IMG/VR virus record: IMGVR_UViG_3300025000_000085
Origin: an uncultured virus (IMG/VR IMGVR_UViG_3300025000_000085)
Taxonomy: Duplodnaviria > Heunggongvirae > Uroviricota > Caudoviricetes
Direction: 5' to 3' (one strand)
DNA: 64,000 nt
Within the stretch, counting starts at the first letter, position 1, and every line of letters starts with the position of its first letter. The notes beneath the pieces are model-generated. The model ran no database searches and was not told the DNA's origin. It saw only the letters and a program-made list of their open reading frames with translations. A program made the translations under genes and the position numbers. Positions 17,881 through 26,141 of this stretch are shown in pieces.

Positions 17881-18429
17881 CTAAGCGGCTGCCGGACTGC
17901 ACAACTCCTGCAGCTGCTTCCTGGCCTTCTGGGCACGAGCGATGCGGGAGCGTCGCTCCACGTGGGTGATCACCCACAGCGGAGGGGACTTTCTGTCTGT
18001 CGACCAGTCGAGGAGCCAAGAGAATATCCGATAGAGACGGCTATAGTCACGGCATAGCCGGTCGAGACTTTCGGCATAATGTATCAAGACTTCACGTTCC
18101 CTGACGGAAATGTAGAATACCTTGCGGTCTTTCTTCGGCTCCAGGTTGAGAATCACGCCTGCTGCGAGTCCATAATCGTTGGGATTGCGCATCAATATGG
18201 TTAGACTGTGATAGACGGATTGAAACAGTTCGTCCTTTACGTCAACGTCGCCTTTTCTGGCCAATTCCATCAGCCTCGTTCTGATGATGCCGAACCTGTT
18301 TCTATTCACGTCACGAACAGCAATATTGCGCAATTCCTTGACCATCGGCCTGCGCAAAAAAATCAATGGCAGCTCGACGCTCCATACAATGACCGTTGCA
18401 GCGGTCAGCAGCAAAAGCAGATCATTCAT
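17881..18429 (-). CDS. Membrane-anchored hypothetical protein (moron)
   Basis: N-terminal hydrophobic helix; low GC; ATGA-coupled to 18426-18797. Confidence 0.75.
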   Translation of the reverse strand: MNDLLLLLTAATVIVWSVELPLIFLRRPMVKELRNIAVRDVNRNRFGIIRTRLMELARKGDVDVKDELFQSVYHSLTILMRNPNDYGLAAGVILNLEPKKDRKVFYISVREREVLIHYAESLDRLCRDYSRLYRIFSWLLDWSTDRKSPPLWVITHVERRSRIARAQKARKQLQELCSPAAA

Positions 18430-18797
18430 GGTCTTTTCCCTTTTGCTTTTCCGTCTGCCTTGCCATTCGTGCCCGGCTTGGACTGCGCCGCAGGCGTCGT
18501 GATGGCTGCCCGCTCCACTTCATCACCGTCGCCCAACTTGCGGATTTCCTCCTCCGACAATCCCCTATGACGCCAGAAGTAGCGCCTCCATTCCAGGTTT
18601 TCGTTGGCAATGCGCTGGATCTGGTCTTCCTTGGTGTCGAGGGCCACCTGGTAGGCCTTGTGCATCTTCCGATCCTGGAGGTACTTCAGAAGGATGATGC
18701 CGGCCAGCAGGATGATCAAGGACGTCAGGGCCACCCACGGACCGACCAGCTCGTAGAGCTTCGTCAGGGCGGTGACGAGTCGCGTGGCTACCTCCAT
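18426..18797 (-). CDS. Membrane protein with coiled coil (moron)
   Basis: TM segment WVALTSLIILLAGIILL followed by a charged helix. Confidence 0.75.
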   Translation of the reverse strand: MEVATRLVTALTKLYELVGPWVALTSLIILLAGIILLKYLQDRKMHKAYQVALDTKEDQIQRIANENLEWRRYFWRHRGLSEEEIRKLGDGDEVERAAITTPAAQSKPGTNGKADGKAKGKRP

Positions 18798-19030
18798 CGT
18801 CCTACGCCGATGGCCGGATGAGGATGATCAACGGCGCCGACGGTCGGCGGCCTCCTCGCAGATCCTTGCGATCCGGCTCACCGAGCTTCCATTCCTTCGT
18901 CATCATCGTGTCCGTGATGCCCTTTCGTCTGCTTCCGGGCTCAATCTAGCGCGATGTCTTGCAACAATGCAACGAAATGTTGACAGCAGTCAACGCGAAG
19001 CGGGACCGCAGATCTAGCCGGGGTGCAACT

Positions 19031-19102
19031 CTCGCCCTCGCCCTCGCCCTCGCCTTCGCCCTCGCCCTCGCCTTCGCTCTCGCCCTCGCCCTCGCCCTCG
19101 CC
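19031..19102. repeat. Hexanucleotide microsatellite (CTCGCC) x12, imperfect
   Basis: Direct reading; (GE)n on the minus strand. Confidence 0.95.
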
Positions 19103-19212
19103 AGCAGCGCTGGCCGGCGGGCCGAGCGGGTCGGGATGTTGCGCTGCAGGGAAGTTACGCTGCGGTGGGCCGGTGTGGCAGGGGTGGGATATTAACGAGC
19201 ATGGAGGGTTCA

Positions 19213-19527
19213 ATGGAATCGATCATGACGCCATATCCCGGAATCAATGCCATCATTGTTATTGGTTTCCTAATAATCGGTCTAATTCTGTTCTTCTATC
19301 CACTCGTAGCACTTGGAAGAATCTGGAACTATTCTGAACAGCTTACAGAAATTATAAAAAAAAATGAACTGCGATTTGACGCTATCGAAGAACATCTTCA
19401 CGTCATACGCCAAGCGATCAGTGAGCAAGTGTTCCTGAAGGAATCAGAGGAACTCAGACGGGCTCAGGAGACGCCTCTGGCGGGGCAGCACTCCCGGACC
19501 GCTCCCCCGCCCCCGCCTCGTTCGTAG
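19213..19527 (+). CDS. Small membrane protein (moron)
   Basis: RBS GGAGG; one TM; AT-rich. Confidence 0.7.
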   Translation: MESIMTPYPGINAIIVIGFLIIGLILFFYPLVALGRIWNYSEQLTEIIKKNELRFDAIEEHLHVIRQAISEQVFLKESEELRRAQETPLAGQHSRTAPPPPPRS

Positions 19528-19669
19528 TGCCCAACCCATCCCCCCTTGCCCCCTCCACGCCCCTCGGCTACCTGATCCCGTAGGCGGTCGGATCCCGACG
19601 ATCCCGACGACGCCAGAGGGGATCGCAGTGAAAAGTGGTGCTGCAGCTGCAATGTGGTATCCTGTCGGC

Positions 19670-20005
19670 ATGACGGAGCCGGAGCGGCCAGAACAACCCC
19701 AGTCACCCACCGTGCAGCACGATCTCGCTGCGCTGTACCAGCAGGCCCTCGAGACCGGCGAGGCCGGGCCGCTCGTGCGGGCGCTGCTCGAGACGTATAA
19801 GGTGAACCTGCGGGGGCTGGCGGAGGTCAGCGGGGTGCATCACGAGACCCTGAGCAGGTGGGGGCGGGGCGTCAACCTGGCCGACCGCCGCACACTCCAG
19901 GGGCTTAGACCGCTCATCTACCCGGACGATGAACTCCTCGACCAGCTGCGAAGGGCCGCCTCCGCGCGTCCGTTGAGCCGCAGAGGCAGGCCCCGCAAGC
20001 GGTAG
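19670..20005 (+). CDS. HTH regulator (possibly leaderless)
   Basis: LRGLAEVSGVHHETLSRWGRG; TGGTATCCT extended -10-like element just upstream of the ATG. Confidence 0.7.
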   Translation: MTEPERPEQPQSPTVQHDLAALYQQALETGEAGPLVRALLETYKVNLRGLAEVSGVHHETLSRWGRGVNLADRRTLQGLRPLIYPDDELLDQLRRAASARPLSRRGRPRKR

Positions 20006-20037
20006 CGCTCTCCACACAACATCCGTGTTGTTTTTTC

Positions 20038-20122
20038 TTGACCCCCCAGATCGGAATGTCCTACGCTTCGTGACAGGTGCTGAAAAGACAAAGGGCCCGG
20101 GTGTTGGTAGCACCCGAGCCCC
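20038..20122 (+). promoter_or_regulatory. Putative antirepressor-operon promoter (TTGACC-N18-TACGCT) and leader hairpin
   Basis: Hairpin AGGGC-CCGGGTG-TTGGTAG-CACCCG-AGCCCT at 20092-20122. Confidence 0.55.
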
Positions 20123-20211
20123 TCTGGACTGCCGGAAAGCCGAAGCCACCAGACCGCCCGTTCAACGGTCATGGTAGCCCAAGCCTCCCGGCCTCGCAAG
20201 GAGGTACTCCC

Positions 20212-20526
20212 ATGGCTCAGATCCAGATCCAGACCACTCCCCTCATCGTCCAGCGCATCCGCGGCATGCTCGCCTACTGCGACCTGGCCGACGCCTGGAC
20301 GGCCAGCGGCCCCACCTTCTCGGCGCTCGTCTGGCTCTCCTGCGAACACCGCCCGGCCGAGCTCACCGAAGATCAGTGGGACGTGCTGCTGCTGGCGTGG
20401 GCCACCTGGGACGCCGCCGGGCTCGCCCCCCGGCCCCAGGTCCACTCCCGCAGGCTGGCCGGCAGCATCGCCCGCCGCGCCGTCTCCACCCTCGTCCAGG
20501 CCCCGGCCTGCGCGGTGGGGAGGTAG
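20212..20526 (+). CDS. Hypothetical protein (paralog of 7715-8113)
   Basis: RBS AAGGAGG; shared RPAEL..DQW motif. Confidence 0.7.
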   Translation: MAQIQIQTTPLIVQRIRGMLAYCDLADAWTASGPTFSALVWLSCEHRPAELTEDQWDVLLLAWATWDAAGLAPRPQVHSRRLAGSIARRAVSTLVQAPACAVGR

Positions 20527-20528
20527 CC

Positions 20529-22082
20529 ATGGGCACCGAGACGACCCCACGCACCCCTCGCCCCTACCGTCGCCGCGGCAACCTCGTGCTCGTGCCACCG
20601 CCCCAGGGGCTGTCCCATCTCACCCTCGCCGCGCTGCTGACCGTGGAGGTCCTGCGCGACCTGGGCTCCCGCTGCACCGGGGCCGGCCGGGGCGCGCTCT
20701 CCAACTACCTCGGCTACCTCGCCGACAGCTTCCGCAGCGGCACGCAGGACGAGCAGGTGCAGCAGGCCCGGCGGGAGTTCGACGACTGGTGCTCGTTCAA
20801 CCTGCCTCGGGTGCCCTTTCCGGAGCCCCGGGGCATCCTGGCCGAGGATGCAGTCCCCAAGATCGGCGAGCTGCTCGGGCTGAGCAGGCAGGGGGCGGCC
20901 ATCGCCGTCGTCCCGCCAGCGCAGGTCCCGGTGGCACCCCTCGCAGCCCAGCAACAGGCCATGATCCGCCTCTGCCGGGTCTTCGAGGGCAACCCCTTCA
21001 CCACCCTCATCTGGAAGGACGAGCCCGTCTGGGTCTGCGTCCAGGTCGGGCGGTGGCTGGAGTACAGCGCGGACGGACGGAGGCTGGCCAAGCTGATCGC
21101 TGACGAGTGGTCCGAGGAGTTCAAGGAGGGAACCCACTACCAGGTACTCCAGAACGGCGCTCTCGCCGAGTTCAAGGAGCTCGTCCGGAAGGCCGGAGAG
21201 GAGTCCGACGACGACGATGGTGGTCCGTCCGACGGACCTGGTGAAAAGCTGACGCGCGCCTCCCGCCTCCTCCTCCTGACCGAGCTGGGCTTCTACAAGG
21301 TGTGCATGAAGTCGGGCAAGCCGGTGGGGTCGCGGCTGATGGACTTCGCGGCGGAGATGCTGCGGGAGTACCGCAAGACCGGCGCCTACGTCCCGGCCGG
21401 CCAGGCCCCTGCCCAGCCCATCCGCCCGGCCCACCCCCAGCAGCCCTCCTCCATCCCCGGCCCCTCCCCCTCCTTCGCCGCCGGCCCCGCCCCCTCCTTC
21501 GCCCCCTCCTCCGGGGACCCCTGGGCGCCGATGGTGATCGAGCAGCTCGCCGGCCGGGACGAGGTGCGGCTGGAGGAGCTGACCTCGGCGGTCTCGGAGC
21601 AGCTCGGGGTGGACGACGGCTGGCACGCCAAGATGCGCATCACGGCCATCCTGCACGCCGCCGGCTGGACCCGGCGAAACCGGCGCGTGGGTGGGGAGGT
21701 GTACAAGGCCTGGCTGGCGCCGTGGCACTCGCTGGCTGGTCCGTCCGCCCCCTATGCCCCCGGGAAGATGGCGCGCTTCATCGCCCAGGGCTACGCCACG
21801 CAGGCCCAGCAGCTCGAGCAGCTCGGCCCTTACGCTCAGCCCCAGCACTACCTGCAGGACCCGGGCCCGCCCCCGCGCCCGCAGCGCCCGGCGCCGGTGC
21901 AGCTCTCCGCCGCCGAGGTGGACCTGAACAATCGGCGCTACCGGGCCGGCCTCGCCCAGCGAGTGGCCAACCGGCTCTACAAGGATGGGGCGATCACCCG
22001 GGAGGAGTGGCGGGCTCGGCTCGACAAGGCGGTGGCGATGGGCACCGGGGAAGAGATGCCTGGGGCGGAGACGAAGAAGTAG
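20529..22082 (+). CDS. Bro-N domain antirepressor-like multidomain protein
   Basis: FEGNPFTTLIWKDEPVWVCVQVG..LLLTELGFYKVCMKSGKP..EMLREYRKTGAY. Confidence 0.8.
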   Translation: MGTETTPRTPRPYRRRGNLVLVPPPQGLSHLTLAALLTVEVLRDLGSRCTGAGRGALSNYLGYLADSFRSGTQDEQVQQARREFDDWCSFNLPRVPFPEPRGILAEDAVPKIGELLGLSRQGAAIAVVPPAQVPVAPLAAQQQAMIRLCRVFEGNPFTTLIWKDEPVWVCVQVGRWLEYSADGRRLAKLIADEWSEEFKEGTHYQVLQNGALAEFKELVRKAGEESDDDDGGPSDGPGEKLTRASRLLLLTELGFYKVCMKSGKPVGSRLMDFAAEMLREYRKTGAYVPAGQAPAQPIRPAHPQQPSSIPGPSPSFAAGPAPSFAPSSGDPWAPMVIEQLAGRDEVRLEELTSAVSEQLGVDDGWHAKMRITAILHAAGWTRRNRRVGGEVYKAWLAPWHSLAGPSAPYAPGKMARFIAQGYATQAQQLEQLGPYAQPQHYLQDPGPPPRPQRPAPVQLSAAEVDLNNRRYRAGLAQRVANRLYKDGAITREEWRARLDKAVAMGTGEEMPGAETKK

Positions 22083-22084
22083 CC

Positions 22085-22972
22085 TTATTTCGGCGGAGAC
22101 AGCTGAGCCGGCGCTTCTACAGCGGCAAGCAGAAGTTCGGCAGTGCTCGGAGGCAAGGCCCCTTTCTTCACTTTCCCATCGAGGTATGCCGGGAACTTGA
22201 TGGGAATGTAGTCCCGGTGCATCCACGTCCTGAAGTTTCCCAGAGCGCTGACTGGATAGACCCAGATGTCCTGCGGGTTGGACAAAGCCTGCGGAAAGTA
22301 GTTTGGGTAGTTGTGCTCGTGCTTGATGCGCTTCCCGTGCTCAGCCTCCAAGCTGTTTGCCGTCCAGTGCTTGCTCCATGCCTGCCCGACGCTGATGTCG
22401 GGCACTGTATGAGCGTCAATGCGCAAACCCTTCTGGATGGCCAGCAGGGTGAACTCGGACATCTCCCGAAAGACGCTGAAGTAGCCGACTGGGAGGATGT
22501 GAAGAGCGAGCCGGTCGTGGAACTCCCGCCATGGCTGCGGGACCAGATTGTTCGGATCGTACCCGATAGCCCCGTAGACGAACAGGCGGAACCCGGCGCG
22601 GCCGAGAATACGGTAGTTCGCCAACGCCTCTTGCTTGTTGAGCTCGAAGGCGTAGTACTCCAGGAAGGCCATCACGACTCGCTCGGGGTAAGCGAGCGCT
22701 TCCGCTCCCACGCCGGTTCCGGCTGGCAGCTTCGTAGGGACGGCGATGCGCGGCTCATCGAACCCTGTCGAAGCGAGGAGCCGAGCGAACTTGCCGGTGC
22801 GCACCCCGGCCTCCCATAGGTCCTTGTGCTCCCGGATCGTCTTCTGGTCCACGCCGCAGAGGCGTGCGAGGCTCCGTCCGGTCAGGAACGCCGTGCCGTC
22901 CTTCAGTACACCCATCTCCAGGTTGTTCACTGTGCGCTGGGCTACAATTTCAGGTATCTCCAACTGCTTCAT
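22085..22972 (-). CDS. bstA: BstA-family abortive-infection (phage defence) protein
   Basis: EMGVL.DGTAFLT.R.LARLCGV; AFLEYYAFE; FHDR; GYFSVF.E; PDISVG; HEHNYP.YFPQA.SNPQ; KFP.YL (motifs recalled from the BstA family). Confidence 0.8.
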   Translation of the reverse strand: MKQLEIPEIVAQRTVNNLEMGVLKDGTAFLTGRSLARLCGVDQKTIREHKDLWEAGVRTGKFARLLASTGFDEPRIAVPTKLPAGTGVGAEALAYPERVVMAFLEYYAFELNKQEALANYRILGRAGFRLFVYGAIGYDPNNLVPQPWREFHDRLALHILPVGYFSVFREMSEFTLLAIQKGLRIDAHTVPDISVGQAWSKHWTANSLEAEHGKRIKHEHNYPNYFPQALSNPQDIWVYPVSALGNFRTWMHRDYIPIKFPAYLDGKVKKGALPPSTAELLLAAVEAPAQLSPPK

Positions 22973-23238
22973 CGAACTCCCCCTTCCCCCTCGCCTTGGC
23001 GATAGCAATTTCATGTGGTTGCAATGGTTTCCCCCCCCGCGCAGCCGTCCTTCTTGGCGGTAAGAGTATCGTGAAGGTGCATGTGCGATATCAAGGGCGA
23101 TGCACCGGCACGGCCAAATCGGCGGGGATCGCCACCTGCGCGTAAGTGCTCTGGGCATAGCCGCCCGTCCGAGCTCTCGGTCGCTGGTGAGATCGTCGGC
23201 TTGGTGGAGGAGACGAAGAAGTAGCCCGGGCCCTCCCC

Positions 23239-24060
23239 CTACCTCGCCCCCATCCCCTCGAGCAGCCTGCGCACCTTCTCCTCCGCCGGCACGCTGTCGT
23301 CGTGCGCCAGCTGCCGAGCCAGATCGAGGGGCCCTGGGGCCACGGGCGAGGCCAGGCTTCCCAGCTTCACCCAGCGGCACTGGCCGGCCATGCGGAAGCG
23401 GCAGAAGGGCGGGTCGCAGGCCTCCAGCTCGTCCCGCTTCGGACAGAGCCGGTCGAAGAGGGGGCCGAGCCGCAGCCTGGCGAGCACCTGGTTGGTGATC
23501 TCCTCGGGCGGCTGCAGCCCGTCCACGACGAGCAGGTAGGGCCGGTCGATGGCTCGGAAGATCTCGCCCGAGCGCTGCAGCAGCTCCTCGTGCTCGAAGA
23601 GGTTCTCTTTGTCCCCCCGGGCCCGGATGCGAGCCACGCCCGCCGCCGCCGGCACGTCCAGCAGCACGAGCAGGTCCGGCTGGGGAGCGAAGGCCTCGTT
23701 TTCGGCCAGGATGGCCTCGGGGGACATGCCCCGGGCGCCCTGGTAGGCGGCCGAGGAGAAGTAGTAGCGGTCGACGATGACCACCTTGCCCGCAGCCAGG
23801 GCCGGGGCCAGCTCGAGCTGCACGTGCTCCCGCCGGTCCTCGAGGAAGGCCTCCAGCTCCTCGGCGGGAGAGAGCCGGCCGTCCTGGGCGGAGGCCCGCA
23901 GCTTCCGACCCCAGGGGCCGTCGGTGGGCTCCTTGGTCAGCAGCACGTCGAGCCCGGCGGCCTGCAGCCTGTCGCGCAGCGCCCGGGCCTGGGTGGTCTT
24001 GCCGGCGCCGTCGATCCCTTCGACCGCGATGAGGATTCCCGTGGGAAGCTGGATGCTCAT
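23239..24060 (-). CDS. tmk: Thymidylate kinase with Cys-rich C-terminal extension
   Basis: IAVEGIDGAGKTTQ, TKEP, VIVDRY..SS.AYQGA, PDL.VLLDVP. Confidence 0.92.
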   Translation of the reverse strand: MSIQLPTGILIAVEGIDGAGKTTQARALRDRLQAAGLDVLLTKEPTDGPWGRKLRASAQDGRLSPAEELEAFLEDRREHVQLELAPALAAGKVVIVDRYYFSSAAYQGARGMSPEAILAENEAFAPQPDLLVLLDVPAAAGVARIRARGDKENLFEHEELLQRSGEIFRAIDRPYLLVVDGLQPPEEITNQVLARLRLGPLFDRLCPKRDELEACDPPFCRFRMAGQCRWVKLGSLASPVAPGPLDLARQLAHDDSVPAEEKVRRLLEGMGAR

Positions 24061-24175
24061 GAGGCCCATGTAGCATGGGGAAGGGTGGGGTGCAATCCGC
24101 ACGGGCGGGCTGCTCTTCCTCGGTGGTGCAGCAGCAGGCATCGGCTGGCTGCTCGACCAACGAAGGGTCGGGGCC

Positions 24176-25069
24176 CTACTGTCCGATCGCTGCAGCGACG
24201 GCCGGGGCAATCACCTCGAGCACGAGCAGCACCGCACCACCCCCGGCCAGCGCTCCCCCGAAGCCCCAGGCCAGCAGCTGCGCCCTGTCGTCGCCGCCCG
24301 CCGAGCTCGCTGGCGACGGCGCCGGCACCTGCACGATCACCGGCTCGGCCGAGACCTCCGGCGCCAGCAGCCGAGCATGGCACTCGCCGAGCTGCCCGTT
24401 GCAGCGCAGGAAGTCACCGGCCCCGGCCACCAAGGCCTGGTAGCGGGGAGGCCAGACGAGCATCCCGGTGCGCAGCTGGCCGTCGACGGCGCAGGTCGTC
24501 TCTGTGGCAGGGAACGGCCCGGGCGCCGGGGCCCACGCGGGAACGGTCGGCTCGGAGGGCTGGATGGCGACGGCCTCCGCCTCGGCGACCTGGTGATCCG
24601 CCGCCGGATCCACCCCGGGATCTGCCCCTGCGGCGCGGGCTGGCCCGGGGGCGAGGGGGAGCAGGAGGGCGAGGGGGAGCAGGAGGGCGAGCACGAGAGG
24701 GATGACCTGGCCGGGCGGCTTGCCCGGGCGCGCCGCGGCCAGCAGCTCGTCGGCGATGCGGTCCCCCTCGGCGCCGAGCTCGTCGGCGGTGAGCTGCTCG
24801 AGGCGGGCGTGCTCTGCAGCTGCAGCCTCGGCCTCATCGGAGCGTTGGCGGGCCACGAAGGCCTCGTTGCGCGCAGTACGCAGCGCCGCCTCTGCCTCGG
24901 CTGCTCGCCGCGCCAGGCCGGCGACCTTGGCCCGCTCCACGCCGAGGGCCGTGGCGGCCCAGTCCGCCTCCTGCTTCCAGCTGGCCCGGCTGCGCAGGGC
25001 CCAGACGAGGAGGGCGGCGAGGGCGATGCAGAGGGCAGCGAGGAGGATGATCCAGGCGGCGGGGGTCAT
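24176..25069 (-). CDS. Spanin-like multi-TM lysis protein (putative)
   Basis: N-terminal TM, Ala-rich coiled coil, second hydrophobic segment, Cys pairs and C-terminal TM; last gene of the lysis block. Confidence 0.5.
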   Translation of the reverse strand: MTPAAWIILLAALCIALAALLVWALRSRASWKQEADWAATALGVERAKVAGLARRAAEAEAALRTARNEAFVARQRSDEAEAAAAEHARLEQLTADELGAEGDRIADELLAAARPGKPPGQVIPLVLALLLPLALLLPLAPGPARAAGADPGVDPAADHQVAEAEAVAIQPSEPTVPAWAPAPGPFPATETTCAVDGQLRTGMLVWPPRYQALVAGAGDFLRCNGQLGECHARLLAPEVSAEPVIVQVPAPSPASSAGGDDRAQLLAWGFGGALAGGGAVLLVLEVIAPAVAAAIGQ

Positions 25070-25095
25070 GATGCCTCCAGAGAACAAGCCGGAGA

Positions 25096-25377
25096 TCAGC
25101 GCTCGGTCGGGAAGCGCCAGAAGTTGCGGGGGGCTGGCTGGCCGCTCTCGTGCACCGCAGAGGTCACGGTGAGCACGGGCGCGCCGCAGTTGTCCTCCGG
25201 CGCCGAGCACCCCTCGGCGTCTGCGCCCGTGGAGACGTAGCAGCAGTTCAGGCCGGGCGGCTGCTCGTGGCCGTACTCTCCCGGCCAGACGGCACGCACG
25301 AGGGCCGGGTGCGCCTGGCCCTCGCTGTCGACGTACTCCACCACGCTTCCAACGGTCGGATCTTGCTTCTCGCTCAT
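25096..25377 (-). CDS. Hypothetical protein
   Basis: RBS AGGAG; PTVGSVVEY..PALV..W pattern. Confidence 0.7.
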   Translation of the reverse strand: MSEKQDPTVGSVVEYVDSEGQAHPALVRAVWPGEYGHEQPPGLNCCYVSTGADAEGCSAPEDNCGAPVLTVTSAVHESGQPAPRNFWRFPTER

Positions 25378-25446
25378 GGATTCGCTCCTGGTCCAGAGGG
25401 GGTCGGGGCACCCCGCCGAAACGAGGCGCCCCGACCGATGGTTGGG

Positions 25447-26121
25447 TCAGCCCGCCGTCGTCGCGGGCACGGCCAGCGACAGCATGCCCGGCTCGGACCC
25501 GATGGCCCGGCTCCCGGTGGCCCCCACGCCGGCCATCGCTGCGAGCTCCTCGTGGATGACCCGCTGCAGGTCCTCGGGTGCCATCTTCGGGAACTGCTTG
25601 GACAGGGCGTCGGTCAGCATCTTGAGCTTGGCTGCCGACTCGATGGGCTTCATCTGCAGCTTCAGCCGGGACGCCGACAGCTCCTCGAGCCAGCCGATGC
25701 CCTTCCTTGCCGCCGTCCGCAGCATCGAGTCCTGCGCTACGCCGAGGTCGACCTTCCACCTGGCCTGCAGGACCAGCAGCGCCCAGCCAAACAATCCGAG
25801 GATGAGCACGCCCAGCCCCTGGATCACGTAGGGGATCACGCCCTGGCCCAGCTGCGCCAAGAGGGAGGGGGCCGACGGCACCGCCACCGTGAGCTGCTCG
25901 GCCACGGAAGGCGCGACCCCGGAGGGGGGCAGGGCACCCGGGGAGACGGCCGGTGCGCCCGGCTGCCCCTCCGCGGTCGCAGGGGAGGCCACGCCCACGG
26001 CTGCCTGGACGTCGGCCACGCCCACGGTGGCGCCGTCGTCGGGGGGGGCCTGCGCGTGGGCCAGGGGGGTGAAGTTGACCAGCAGGGCCAGGATGAACAG
26101 AGTCCTCAGCACGCTTCCCAT
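25447..26121 (-). CDS. Holin-like membrane protein with N-terminal signal peptide
   Basis: Signal ...PLAHAQ; TM VIQGLGVLILGLFGWALL; amphipathic tail; adjacent to the endolysin. Confidence 0.55.
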   Translation of the reverse strand: MGSVLRTLFILALLVNFTPLAHAQAPPDDGATVGVADVQAAVGVASPATAEGQPGAPAVSPGALPPSGVAPSVAEQLTVAVPSAPSLLAQLGQGVIPYVIQGLGVLILGLFGWALLVLQARWKVDLGVAQDSMLRTAARKGIGWLEELSASRLKLQMKPIESAAKLKMLTDALSKQFPKMAPEDLQRVIHEELAAMAGVGATGSRAIGSEPGMLSLAVPATTAG

Positions 26122-26141
26122 CGTCTCCTCCTCGGCGGCGG

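Noticed and set aside
19575..19626. Cluster of GATCCCG repeats as iterons
   Set aside because: Short, irregularly spaced, with no adjacent initiator gene
22085..24160. 691-aa fusion ORF
   Set aside because: The upstream part is an off-frame overlap with tmk; only 22085-22972 has an RBS and family motifs
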